From IMG/VR virus record IMGVR_UViG_3300024978_000002: DNA of 64,000 nucleotides; one strand, written 5' to 3'. The notes beneath the pieces are model-generated. The model saw only the letters and a program-made list of their open reading frames with translations. It was not told where the DNA came from and ran no database searches. Made by a program: the position numbers and the translations under genes. Positions 8,718 through 17,860 of the stretch are shown piece by piece (position 1 is the stretch's first letter; every line of letters starts with the position of its first letter). The DNA comes from a virus.

Positions 8718-9272
8718 ATGGGTATCGTTCAGCAAGTTTTTCTGTTCTTCCGCAGCCTCGGTGTGATGTTCGGTATGAACGACAACGATCGCGAAGTCAC
8801 CCCGGACCCCAAGCACGTTGACGGTGAATATCGCCGACTGGTCGTGGCGCCTGTGATTTTTCAATCCCTGGTCGGACAGACTGTGAAATGCGATCCGGAT
8901 TTCGAACGCATGCTCCCCACACGTGAAGGGGAATACATCGTACGGTTTTGTGTGGACGGTGACGTCTTGAAGGGAAATGTTTACTCCCTCGAACGCTACA
9001 AGGGAGGTTTGTTTACCCCGGCTTACAACCCGACATGGCAAAGCGACCACATCGTGGACTTTCACCTGGACGTTTCTTACGATCCGGACAGCGGGTTGTC
9101 ACAGAAAATGACCCCCATCACCAACGTACTGTCAGTGGCTTCTGATCTTTCCTACAACCGCTTTTCCCCGTGCCGGAGTTATCAACTTACCCTTACCCCA
9201 GACGAACTGGTTTCGTTTGGTCGTTGCACCATCCGCGCTCACAAAGGAGTACACTGTCATGTTATTGCGTAA
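8718..9272 (+). CDS. Hypothetical protein
   Basis: ATG at 8718 with AAGGA RBS, inside the 8592-9272 ORF; operon with the next two genes. Confidence 0.65.
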   Translation: MGIVQQVFLFFRSLGVMFGMNDNDREVTPDPKHVDGEYRRLVVAPVIFQSLVGQTVKCDPDFERMLPTREGEYIVRFCVDGDVLKGNVYSLERYKGGLFTPAYNPTWQSDHIVDFHLDVSYDPDSGLSQKMTPITNVLSVASDLSYNRFSPCRSYQLTLTPDELVSFGRCTIRAHKGVHCHVIA

Positions 9273-9879
9273 CGTGTTGATCTGGGCCACCATTGCAGTG
9301 GCGCTGGTGGGTTGTAGCAAAACCCAATACCAACCGGACGGCGATACGTCCAACAAAGCCTTGGTGGAAATGGCTCGTCAGGCTGATGCCGAGAACGCTC
9401 CGCCGGTAACGGCCGATCCGTTCACTCCGCCGTTCGCCGATGTGGCTCTGGAGCAATACCTGGTGGGTGTCTCCACTCGGATTCCTGCCGATGGTCAGGA
9501 CTACGTCAGGAGCTACAACGACTTCATGAAGCAAGAAGCCGCCAATCCGTCTCAGGCGACGGGGTTGTCACAGTCCACGGGGTACCCGCTGTACCCAGTA
9601 CGGTGCGAGAGCTACAACAAGGAGATGGCCTGCGTGGATAGCAGTGACAACACCGTACCTCAGGCCGAACTCGTGGACAGCACGGTACTAATCAAGAACC
9701 GGGACGCCATCGCCAACCCCAACATCGAGTGCGGGGACATCATCTGCGTGGACGTCACCAACCGCCAAGTCGTGGGACATGCCTCGTTCGCAATCCTGGC
9801 GTGGCGGGCGGATCACTGTCAGTCCGTCCCCAATGCTCCGTACCAGTGTCCGTCGATCAAACCCTTCCAGGGTCAGTAA
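9259..9879 (+). CDS. Predicted lipoprotein
   Basis: Signal peptide MLLRNVLIWATIAVALVG|C with lipobox LVGC; Cys-rich C-terminal part; AGGAG RBS. Confidence 0.75.
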   Translation: MLLRNVLIWATIAVALVGCSKTQYQPDGDTSNKALVEMARQADAENAPPVTADPFTPPFADVALEQYLVGVSTRIPADGQDYVRSYNDFMKQEAANPSQATGLSQSTGYPLYPVRCESYNKEMACVDSSDNTVPQAELVDSTVLIKNRDAIANPNIECGDIICVDVTNRQVVGHASFAILAWRADHCQSVPNAPYQCPSIKPFQGQ

Positions 9880-9915
9880 CACCATAACACCTACCAAAAC
9901 CAAGGGGTCAAAAGA

Positions 9916-10359
9916 ATGAAAGAGTATCTCGCCATCGCAGTCAGTCCCAAACACAATCACTCAGCACATCGCGATGGTTTTATCCATACGACGATCGCGG
10001 TACTGCGTGAAGATTCCGGAATCAACAACGTCACAGCTGTGACGGAGTTCTTACCGAAAGGTGAGTTCGGTATCACCATTACCTGGGACGCTGTGGTGGA
10101 GATTCGCTCTCCGCTGTCGCAAGAAATACAGTCGTACAAGCCGTCGGTGAAACTCCACGCTGAACATTTCGACTTTCGAACCCACCAGATCTTGATGGGG
10201 TTGAGGGCCGAAGCGATCTCTGATACCTACAACCAAATCCTCCGGGATATGGTGGAGAACGTCAGTAACGTGCGCCAGGGTGATAAGTTCACGCAGGAGC
10301 ACGTGGCGGATTGGTTGGAGAGTGTGCGATTGGCACTACCGTCACCGATTTTGGTCTGA
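9916..10359 (+). CDS. Hypothetical protein
   Basis: 147-aa ORF ending before a bidirectional terminator. Confidence 0.65.
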   Translation: MKEYLAIAVSPKHNHSAHRDGFIHTTIAVLREDSGINNVTAVTEFLPKGEFGITITWDAVVEIRSPLSQEIQSYKPSVKLHAEHFDFRTHQILMGLRAEAISDTYNQILRDMVENVSNVRQGDKFTQEHVADWLESVRLALPSPILV

Positions 10360-10416
10360 CAGCATAAAGCCTCTACCCGTCCACGTGGACGGGTAGAGGT
10401 ACTTTCTTTTTTTCTT
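10360..10416. terminator. Bidirectional intrinsic terminator
   Basis: 14-bp stem CCTCTACCCGTCCA / TGGACGGGTAGAGG, then a T-tract on +; CAGCATA on the left side. Confidence 0.85.
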
Positions 10417-10431
10417 TGTACAACGTCGGAA

Positions 10432-11259
10432 TTAGTTGTTCCCGCCCATGATCGAACGAAGACTTCTTTCTTTTGACCTCGGGTCGCTAAGTAGCAAGAC
10501 CTTCGTCCAACGTTCACGAATCATGTCTTTGTACTGTTGATTCGCGTCAGCATACGAGTCGACGATTTCACGGTAGCGACCCAGTTCCATACCTCCGACC
10601 AGTTGCCCCATACCTGTTTTGATCACGGCGTTGGTGTAGATGTACGCTTTGACCGCCAGCTCAACGAGTTCGCAAAAGACCGGGTAGGACATGGCGGGAA
10701 GTTCAGAGAATTCGTTGTCGTATTCTAAGAAACACCGAAGATACGCTGCCCGGGGGAGGGAGAGATAATCGCTCACCAATACCGTGTTCTCAGCGATCAG
10801 TCGGATATACGCGGTGGAGACAATCGGAATACCTTGCTGTGCCGCTACCATCCCTTGTGCTGCTTCTAGGATCTGAGAGTACCCTTCCACACCCATGTAC
10901 GAGGTGTTGAACATGGTGGATTGACCGATGGTAATCGACAAGACCTTGGAGATACTGCGATTCTGCGTCAAGGTTTTGGGGATACGGTAGATGATCTTGT
11001 AAGGTGCAATCTGCTCAGGGATCACCGCATTCAGCGGGAGTTCTACCTGCGTACCACCCAAGAGATTACAGTCCACCATCACTCGGGCACCGACCACTTT
11101 CTCCCGGATCATCGTATCCAGAGACACCGGTAATGGGGTGCGTCCGAATTCTTTTTGCAGGAATACTTCATTCAGGATCTCCACCGGAATGGAGAACCGA
11201 ACCTCTTGAATTGCTTTCTGGATCGCGCCCATAACCGAAGTACCTAAAGTGGGAGTCAT
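10432..11259 (-). CDS. Conserved phiKZ-like protein, probably virion structural (neck/adaptor-like)
   Basis: 275-aa ORF near tubulin; family assignment by synteny only. Confidence 0.6.
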   Translation of the reverse strand: MTPTLGTSVMGAIQKAIQEVRFSIPVEILNEVFLQKEFGRTPLPVSLDTMIREKVVGARVMVDCNLLGGTQVELPLNAVIPEQIAPYKIIYRIPKTLTQNRSISKVLSITIGQSTMFNTSYMGVEGYSQILEAAQGMVAAQQGIPIVSTAYIRLIAENTVLVSDYLSLPRAAYLRCFLEYDNEFSELPAMSYPVFCELVELAVKAYIYTNAVIKTGMGQLVGGMELGRYREIVDSYADANQQYKDMIRERWTKVLLLSDPRSKERSLRSIMGGNN

Positions 11260-11295
11260 AGGGTAGGTCGCTCAGTCTTGCTCCAAACAACTAAG

Positions 11296-11320
11296 TTTCA
11301 GACCCTAATTATCCTCGTGA
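11296..11320 (+). promoter_or_regulatory. Putative phage promoter
   Basis: TTTCAGACCCTAATTATCC resembles TTTCAGACCCTTACTATCC at 59302 and TTTGAAACCCTTACTATCC near 22306. Confidence 0.4.
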
Positions 11321-11375
11321 GGCCCTCTGGGGATGCCTCATCGTTTGAACAACCGTCTGTCTGGGAGGCGTAATC

Positions 11376-11852
11376 GTGTCCGTGAAATCACCATTGGGTG
11401 TAAACTACGGGTGGCTTGTCACCCAGGACCATTATTTCGCTCCACGCGATATAACGGGAGAAGCACGTATCACGTTAGCGATCGCTGCTGTACTGGCCGA
11501 TCCTGAATTGCGTAAGATCGAATCGGTGTTGAAACACCGTGTGGTTCTGGCGGTAGACGTGGGTCGTTTCACGCTCCACATTAGGATCTACGACCATCAT
11601 GCTGTCAGTAAGAAAGCCGATCGGTTGGTATCGCGTTCGGGGACGGCTGATCCGGCCACATATTTGGTCTTTACCCCACAAGGTGGTTTAGAAGCGGCTA
11701 GTGGTGATCTTCTGGATAACGCTAAGACCCATGTCCCGCTCTACTATGCTGTCCGGCGTCTAAGTCCTCCCCGTCAACAAACTCTCGATGCTTTGCAAGT
11801 CCAGTTGACTCAGCAAGGTAGTCTCCCCCTCCCTCTTTCCCGGATAGCTTAA
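11376..11852 (+). CDS. Hypothetical protein
   Basis: GTG start with GGGAGG RBS, upstream of phuZ. Confidence 0.6.
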   Translation: MSVKSPLGVNYGWLVTQDHYFAPRDITGEARITLAIAAVLADPELRKIESVLKHRVVLAVDVGRFTLHIRIYDHHAVSKKADRLVSRSGTADPATYLVFTPQGGLEAASGDLLDNAKTHVPLYYAVRRLSPPRQQTLDALQVQLTQQGSLPLPLSRIA

Positions 11853-11885
11853 ACGCTACCCACGTCTTTCCAACGGAGCAATAGC

Positions 11886-12869
11886 ATGAATCAAGAAACA
11901 CCACCCAAAGGCACCGTTCGTATCTTTGGAGCTGGCGGCGGGGGTATTAACGTCGCGGGAAGCTGGAATGGTTTGTCTGGGAAGACGCTTCCCGGTGGCG
12001 CGTCGTGCCAGGTAGTGTATGTTGATACGTCGCGTTCGAATCTCCCCGATGATATCAACCAGGACGATCTATATATCCTGGACAAGGTCGATGGTTCGGG
12101 TAAGGTACGTGCCGAAAACCATGTCGAGATCTCCAGGAATATTCGCCAGATCGTTCAACAGTTCGAACCAGGTGACCTCAACATCGTTTGCTTCACGGCT
12201 TCAGGTGGTAGCGGTTCGGTACTGGCGCCTTTGATCTTGAGCGAGATGATCGAACGCAAGGTCCCGGTGGTTGGTGTGGTGATCGGTTCGGAAGAATCCA
12301 ATATCACCTGCCGCAACACGATCAATACGTTGAAGAGTCTGGAGTCGATTGCCAAGCGTAAGGGTGTGCCGGTGGTGATTGCGTACTACCACAACGCGCC
12401 GGACGTCAAGCGTTCCTCGGTCGATATCGAGTGTCGGTATGCCCTGGCCACGCTCTCGATCCTGGCTTCGCGTCAGAACCGCGAACTCGATACGATGGAT
12501 CTGGCGAATTTCCTGAACTTCTCCAAGGTCACGTCGGTGGAACCGCAGCTCGCGTTGCTGCACATCTACAATACCCCTGAGGACGTCAACCAGGCCACCA
12601 ACCCTGTGGCTATTGCCTCCCTGCTGAAGGATCCCGACCAGGCCTCCCATAGCCTGACTCCGGAATACGCCACGGTGGGTTACCCCCGCGAGATCACTGA
12701 GAATTTCGACCAGCTACATTACGTGATCACATTGGATGGTGTCCAGACGATTTACGAGAAGCTCACCCACCGGATGGATGAACTGGCTAAAGCAGCGGCG
12801 TCGCGCGTTCAGCATGACAGTATCGTCTCTAAGGACGACACGATCACTGAAGACGGGTTGATCCTGTAA
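11886..12869 (+). CDS. phuZ: PhuZ phage tubulin
   Basis: GAGGGGIN N-terminal loop, DTSRSN, GSGKVR, tubulin signature TASGGSGS, acidic C-terminal tail ending DGLIL; 327 aa. Confidence 0.93.
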   Translation: MNQETPPKGTVRIFGAGGGGINVAGSWNGLSGKTLPGGASCQVVYVDTSRSNLPDDINQDDLYILDKVDGSGKVRAENHVEISRNIRQIVQQFEPGDLNIVCFTASGGSGSVLAPLILSEMIERKVPVVGVVIGSEESNITCRNTINTLKSLESIAKRKGVPVVIAYYHNAPDVKRSSVDIECRYALATLSILASRQNRELDTMDLANFLNFSKVTSVEPQLALLHIYNTPEDVNQATNPVAIASLLKDPDQASHSLTPEYATVGYPREITENFDQLHYVITLDGVQTIYEKLTHRMDELAKAAASRVQHDSIVSKDDTITEDGLIL

Positions 12870-12878
12870 AACCCTCTT

Positions 12879-12922
12879 ATAAAGACAGGGCCTTTGGAAG
12901 GCCCTGTCTTTATGCTTTTTCT
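12879..12922 (+). terminator. Intrinsic terminator after phuZ
   Basis: 16-bp stem ATAAAGACAGGGCCTT / AAGGCCCTGTCTTTAT, followed by GCTTTTT. Confidence 0.8.
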
Positions 12923-12943
12923 CTTACACCACAGGTTCGAATT

Positions 12944-13144
12944 ATGAATGATCATTTCGTGTGTGATACTTGCGACCATGTGGATGCTCTTGAGCTCGCC
13001 TACCCGCAAGGTATTCCACCAGGAGGTAAGCTACAATGTACAGTCTGTCAGACGGGGCAATGGCACCGGCTCTTCACGTACCGAGTCTACGATCCTCAGA
13101 AGGATTTGGTGTTGAATCGAACCACCGGAATCGGTCTCGACTGA
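12944..13144 (+). CDS. Small zinc-ribbon protein
   Basis: CDTC...CTVC pair in 66 aa. Confidence 0.6.
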   Translation: MNDHFVCDTCDHVDALELAYPQGIPPGGKLQCTVCQTGQWHRLFTYRVYDPQKDLVLNRTTGIGLD

Positions 13145-13620
13145 AATTACTTACTTGGCTTCATCCTAACGCATTTCTGAGTGCGGAAGACCAGCAGGTG
13201 TTGGAACGATTACGCGTGAATGGTCATTGGCTCTTTGCCAGCTTGGTGGGTCACCTGAGCTTTCACCTCGTGGATCCTTTGGGTGGTCGCCTCCAACGCA
13301 TGAAGGAAGTAGATGGGTTGATGTTCTACCTCCAAGATGCACTCCAGGAGGAACTCGTCAATGGATGTTTGGCTGAAGGTCAAGACGATGACGTGGTGGG
13401 CTGGTACGACGCCCTCGTAGAGGAAGAACTTCCCAAACTGGTTCCCGTATGTGAACGTATCGTCTACGCGGTTCTGGACGTGTTAGCTGGGTTCAATCCT
13501 CCAAACGATCGTCAAGGACTACAACTGGATCGTTGTATCGACGGTTATTCTCTTGCTGGCGATTACGGCGGCTACCTCCACTTCGATTTAGACGATCATG
13601 AAATTCATTCTACCCTTTGA
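13036..13620 (+). CDS. Hypothetical protein (true start uncertain)
   Basis: Acidic helical ORF. Its 5' part overlaps the zinc-ribbon ORF; an in-frame CTG at 13141 overlaps that ORF's stop. Confidence 0.6.
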   Translation: MYSLSDGAMAPALHVPSLRSSEGFGVESNHRNRSRLKLLTWLHPNAFLSAEDQQVLERLRVNGHWLFASLVGHLSFHLVDPLGGRLQRMKEVDGLMFYLQDALQEELVNGCLAEGQDDDVVGWYDALVEEELPKLVPVCERIVYAVLDVLAGFNPPNDRQGLQLDRCIDGYSLAGDYGGYLHFDLDDHEIHSTL

Positions 13621-14059
13621 CGTCAACCAGATCTTCTCACTAGAAGACCGTTCGCTACTCCAGACGATGTGTCTAACGGTTGAAGACCTGTTGAACCAGG
13701 CTTTAACGCGATACGCCGTTTATGCGGAAGCCGAGTTCTGTGACAAATACGAAGTGACGATTGATGATCTGGTGGAATTGATAGCCGGATTAGGGTTAGA
13801 TACTGAGCAGACGGGGTTGGTGGAGGTTAAACTGGCCGAGAACGCCGATCGGTTGGTTGAGTTGATAGATCTTTCCGCTGGGGTCTTACACCGTGGTCTG
13901 CAGAACATCCCGCAACAACTGGCTCAGATTCGTGAAGAAGAGTACTACCATTTCGAAGTGACGAAGCTCAATGAGCGAGGTCGTTTCGTGGAAGTGTCCT
14001 CGTCGACCACCGGAGGGTGGAGTTACGCTCCGAATTTCATGACCGATACCAGTCTTTGA
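13598..14059 (+). CDS. Hypothetical protein (possible array member)
   Basis: Overlapping start/stop coupling; C-terminal beta-hairpin-like segment FEVTKLNERGRFVEV. Confidence 0.65.
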   Translation: MKFILPFDVNQIFSLEDRSLLQTMCLTVEDLLNQALTRYAVYAEAEFCDKYEVTIDDLVELIAGLGLDTEQTGLVEVKLAENADRLVELIDLSAGVLHRGLQNIPQQLAQIREEEYYHFEVTKLNERGRFVEVSSSTTGGWSYAPNFMTDTSL

Positions 14060-14096
14060 TTACCCAGGGGTTGTCTAGCCCCTGGGTAATATGCTG
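14059..14096 (+). terminator. Hairpin followed by TATGCTG
   Basis: 12-bp stem ATTACCCAGGGG / CCCCTGGGTAAT. Confidence 0.7.
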
Positions 14097-14246
14097 CCTA
14101 AAGAGCGCTGTAAACGGCGCGTGTTATCCCCTACACCTACCCCTAATCTTAAGTACGGTAAAAGCCGTAGAGAGCCTCCTGGTGCGTTAGAGAGGCATAC
14201 GACCTTTTGAGGTCTCCCGTCAATCGACCGAAAATGGACAGACGTA

Positions 14247-14948
14247 ATGAAATATCTTCCGACAGGTACCACACTCGTACTTCCAGGCGTCAATCTCGTG
14301 TTGGATTTTTTAGATCGCGCCGAGCAATTCGCTGAAGGGGAGGGATGTGAGGTCTTCAAGGAAGCTTTGGGATACAAACCCAAAGTGAAAGGAACTTACC
14401 TAGGGATCAACCGAAACAGCGTCGTAGATCTTGCCGTAGCGATCTATCGCGATCTCCTGCGTTCAACGTCACAATGGGCGCAATGCGCCGGGACCACAGA
14501 ATGTACGGATGAACAGATTCATCGGTTGGTGAAAGACTGGGGACGCAATGTCAGTTCGCATCAAGAGGCTGAATTCTGGGACGCGGTCGTCAAAGATCTT
14601 TGGGAAACGATTCACGATTGGGTCGTGTCGTTTGATACCAACGAACCGGGCTGGTTCGTGTGGTACGTCAAACGGTTAGGGATGGATATAGTCGTGGAAA
14701 AAGGTCCCGATTTTCGCATTCTAGATTGGGAACGCCGTATGCGCGCTGGCTATGATGCGCAAAAAGCTTTGGAGGAAGGTGAGACGCTACCGTCCAATGT
14801 TTGGCTTCCCGACGACGAAGCACGTCGATTTATTGAGTTACTGGGTAGTCAACGTCTTCACGCCACGGCAGGTGAGAAAAACCACGACAGACCACAGGTG
14901 GAATCGTCAGTCAAACCACATCGCCGGAAACGGACACCACTGTTATGA
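14247..14948 (+). CDS. Conserved phiKZ-like hypothetical protein
   Basis: 233 aa; WYVKRLGMDIVVEKGPDFRILDWE segment. Confidence 0.7.
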   Translation: MKYLPTGTTLVLPGVNLVLDFLDRAEQFAEGEGCEVFKEALGYKPKVKGTYLGINRNSVVDLAVAIYRDLLRSTSQWAQCAGTTECTDEQIHRLVKDWGRNVSSHQEAEFWDAVVKDLWETIHDWVVSFDTNEPGWFVWYVKRLGMDIVVEKGPDFRILDWERRMRAGYDAQKALEEGETLPSNVWLPDDEARRFIELLGSQRLHATAGEKNHDRPQVESSVKPHRRKRTPLL

Positions 14949-15331
14949 ACCGCACCGCCAGACATGCCTTAATTGGCCTGCGGAATCTGCAAGACCTTGT
15001 ACGTGCTGCGATCGCCGAACGCGCTGGCGTGGTGGCGGAAATCATGGACGTCAACGGCGTACTGGATGCCTTGTTAGAAGAGTACTTTTACGGCGGGTCG
15101 TTTCGAGATGACTTTGGAACTACCCTGGAACCCTTAGGTCTCAGTACCATGCTGGTGCAGCATATACGCCACAGCATTCTTACCTCGTTGGCCGTACAGG
15201 TTCGCCAGGGGTTCGGAGAAATCTGGCCCGGTAGGCAATACAGCTTCCAACGTTTGCCTAATGGGGATGCGTTGATCACAGAAATTCAGCCTGAACGACT
15301 CTATCACAAACCCGTCACTACAGGGGGTTAA
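14945..15331 (+). CDS. Small paralog-array protein
   Basis: ATGA-coupled; C-terminal YSFQRLPNGDALIT. Confidence 0.7.
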   Translation: MNRTARHALIGLRNLQDLVRAAIAERAGVVAEIMDVNGVLDALLEEYFYGGSFRDDFGTTLEPLGLSTMLVQHIRHSILTSLAVQVRQGFGEIWPGRQYSFQRLPNGDALITEIQPERLYHKPVTTGG

Positions 15332-15712
15332 ATGCGCGTTGTCCTTTCCGTGGGTCAATTTCTTACCCCCGACAGCTGGACTCAACGATTTTTCTCCCGA
15401 ACCGGTTTGACGGAAGAAGATATCATCCGAGCCGCCTTTGGTCACGCCATGGTGTCGTGTACCACCGGTCCGGTTTACTGTCCTGAACGTCTTGATATTT
15501 TTACACAGATGCATCGTCTTCTGACCGAACGATCCCGTTATCCTGATGAAGTAGCGACCGCCAGTAATGTCCATTTTCTCCTTGACTTGGTAGGGCGCAC
15601 CAGTTTCCAGCTAGCTGATGTGTTGTTACGACAACTCGGACGCCTACCAGCTGGTCTCAGGATTCTCCAGTTCACGGGGCGAGACCTTGTGTTAACCTTT
15701 TCCGGACAGTAA
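15332..15712 (+). CDS. Small paralog-array protein
   Basis: Abuts the previous stop; C-terminal ILQFTGRDLVLTF. Confidence 0.7.
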   Translation: MRVVLSVGQFLTPDSWTQRFFSRTGLTEEDIIRAAFGHAMVSCTTGPVYCPERLDIFTQMHRLLTERSRYPDEVATASNVHFLLDLVGRTSFQLADVLLRQLGRLPAGLRILQFTGRDLVLTFSGQ

Positions 15713-15716
15713 CGTC

Positions 15717-16130
15717 ATGTATCTCATTCTTAAACCCGCTCTCTTAGCGGATGAATTCGCCGATCGCACAGAAATGTTGGAAGACATGTATGTCGACTAT
15801 CCGGAGCTGATTCGCCTGACCCTCAAGTTCTGGAATCTGATGGAAGACGTCGGTCGAGAACGTGAGGTATTTTTAGCTGCAGTGGGTGGGTATCTCGGCC
15901 AACGCGTAGCGGCTCGGTGTAAAAGTTTCGATGAATTTATCGAGTATACTCAAGTCCTCTCCCAGTGTCTACTGGAATTGTTCGAAAGTCTCAAGGGACA
16001 ACTGTCGCCGTTAAATGAGGTATTTACCGATGTCCCCATCTACTACCTCTCCCGTATGTTCGGTAACGACCTCTTACTACGCGTCGAACCCACAAACCCC
16101 ACAGGCGCCTTGCATGAAATCTTTCGGTAG
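15717..16130 (+). CDS. Small paralog-array protein
   Basis: C-terminal YLSRMFGNDLLLRV. Confidence 0.7.
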   Translation: MYLILKPALLADEFADRTEMLEDMYVDYPELIRLTLKFWNLMEDVGREREVFLAAVGGYLGQRVAARCKSFDEFIEYTQVLSQCLLELFESLKGQLSPLNEVFTDVPIYYLSRMFGNDLLLRVEPTNPTGALHEIFR

Positions 16131-16587
16131 TTTCCAGCTGGTGGTTCCAGCACACGAGGTGGTTCAGGAACAATCTCCCACGGAGACGTTTCTGGCGACT
16201 CTCGGGCTGTCCACCAAGGAACTGTTGGAGATGTTCCTGCGGACCTGGGTGCAGTTCAAGGGTCCGAACCGTTATCCGAACTTCGTGGAAGACGGTTCGT
16301 CTCAACGCTCCCATTACCGCATGTCGGCTCATTTGCTGGTCATGGACATTTTGTTTGATGTCTTGGAACGCCGCCACGAGTCGGGTATCTCACCAGCGTT
16401 AGCCGCAAGAGACCGTAGAGACGCAGAACGAGTGATGATGTCTTTGTGGGCATCGTTGTCCGACTACGTTTTCCGTTTGTTGGAGGACCTCGGACTCTCC
16501 GAAGAACAAATCGGTCAATTACGTTTTGAACGTTGGACGGGAGATGATATCATCGTGTCCGTTCCTTGGATACCCCATCGGAGTTGA
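16114..16587 (+). CDS. Small paralog-array protein
   Basis: ATG 16114 within ORF 16015-16587; C-terminal LRFERWTGDDIIVSV. Confidence 0.7.
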   Translation: MKSFGSFQLVVPAHEVVQEQSPTETFLATLGLSTKELLEMFLRTWVQFKGPNRYPNFVEDGSSQRSHYRMSAHLLVMDILFDVLERRHESGISPALAARDRRDAERVMMSLWASLSDYVFRLLEDLGLSEEQIGQLRFERWTGDDIIVSVPWIPHRS

Positions 16588-16590
16588 ACG

Positions 16591-17013
16591 ATGATCACAG
16601 CACGCCTTGTACGACACACTCTCGTGTTAGGTTTAGGACAGGTTCGCCACGACTACAGTGTGGAGGAACTGGCGACACTGTTTGCCCAGACCTATTCTAT
16701 CACGGTGGTTATGACGGTCTTGCTTGAACTCCTCCTAAAAACTCAAGCGAGGGAGTTCCAACCAGCGGAAGTGGTTCAACACGTGGAAGCGGTGATTATC
16801 GACGACCTCCTGTTAGCGGGTGAGCCGCGGGACGCGTTTCAAGGGTCGATGATGACAGACGTCGTCTTCAGCTTGTACGAGCATCTGAGGCAATCCGCCT
16901 GGCCGTTGATTAACGCCCACCCGGTATCGTTGATGGGAGCGACGTTACAGCGTGTAGGGTATGACAGTCTGGAAATCTCCATTCCAGTTTTGGAGCTCTA
17001 CGATGGGTCCTAA
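16591..17013 (+). CDS. Small paralog-array protein
   Basis: C-terminal TLQRVGYDSLEISI. Confidence 0.7.
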   Translation: MITARLVRHTLVLGLGQVRHDYSVEELATLFAQTYSITVVMTVLLELLLKTQAREFQPAEVVQHVEAVIIDDLLLAGEPRDAFQGSMMTDVVFSLYEHLRQSAWPLINAHPVSLMGATLQRVGYDSLEISIPVLELYDGS

Positions 17014-17374
17014 AATCCTCGTGCTTTCTGGTCGCGTGGCGATGGAGCGTTCCAAGCGTTTGATGGCTGGCATGATAAACGCCTCTCCGAACCTTCACGG
17101 GTTCGGAGAGGCTGTGGTCAATCTTTTATCTTTGGATTCCAACGAGAGTTCCCGACAAGCGGATATTCTCCAACCCTATCTCAAACAGTTCGTTCTACGG
17201 GATGGTCAGTACAAAGCTGATCCGGGGTTTGATGAACGCGTGATGTTTGAAGCGGTAACCTTCGCGGCAAAAATGTTCAAGATGGATTGGTTACAGCAAG
17301 TAAGACCGTTAAACCCCTCCGACTACCGTTTCGAACGTTGGTCAGGGGACGACCTGGTCTTGAGTAGGCGCTAG
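17003..17374 (+). CDS. Small paralog-array protein
   Basis: ATG 17003 with GGAG RBS; C-terminal YRFERWSGDDLVLS. Confidence 0.7.
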   Translation: MGPKILVLSGRVAMERSKRLMAGMINASPNLHGFGEAVVNLLSLDSNESSRQADILQPYLKQFVLRDGQYKADPGFDERVMFEAVTFAAKMFKMDWLQQVRPLNPSDYRFERWSGDDLVLSRR

Positions 17375-17411
17375 TATGTGACCTACCTTTTATCCACCTA
17401 GGAGCCACCTC

Positions 17412-17825
17412 ATGCTGGATCAGTCGCAAATCGTGCTTTCTAGCACGGTATCTTTCGACCTTTACCCGGCTCACCTATTAGGGACGAGCATCAAGAACGC
17501 CAAAGTCCTCGGCTTGGTCGACGCCGCGACGGCCCAAGCGTTGGGTTTTGATGCACCGGCGGTTCATGCTCAGGTCTTTGTGACGCTCCCGCCGGGCACC
17601 CCCAACGGTTACGACAAGTATTTCTATATCCACCTGAAACTCTCTTCTGGCCAACGCTCGTTCATCGGCCTACCGTGGATCAAAGATGAAACGTATGTGG
17701 TGGAGATGATCCGTACGGTCGCGTTCTACGTCGAAAACATCTCCCCCGATCAACAGAATCTCGCCGTGCAGGCGTTATCTGCCATTGGGTTAAAGGTTTC
17801 TAAGACCGAAATCGTTAGCGGTTAA
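17412..17825 (+). CDS. Conserved phiKZ-like protein preceding DNA polymerase (gp49-like by synteny)
   Basis: 137 aa, AGGAG RBS; SFDLYP..LG and IGLPWI segments. Confidence 0.7.
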   Translation: MLDQSQIVLSSTVSFDLYPAHLLGTSIKNAKVLGLVDAATAQALGFDAPAVHAQVFVTLPPGTPNGYDKYFYIHLKLSSGQRSFIGLPWIKDETYVVEMIRTVAFYVENISPDQQNLAVQALSAIGLKVSKTEIVSG

Positions 17826-17860
17826 AGGCCGTAAGATGTTTTTTGTTATCGAATGCGTGC

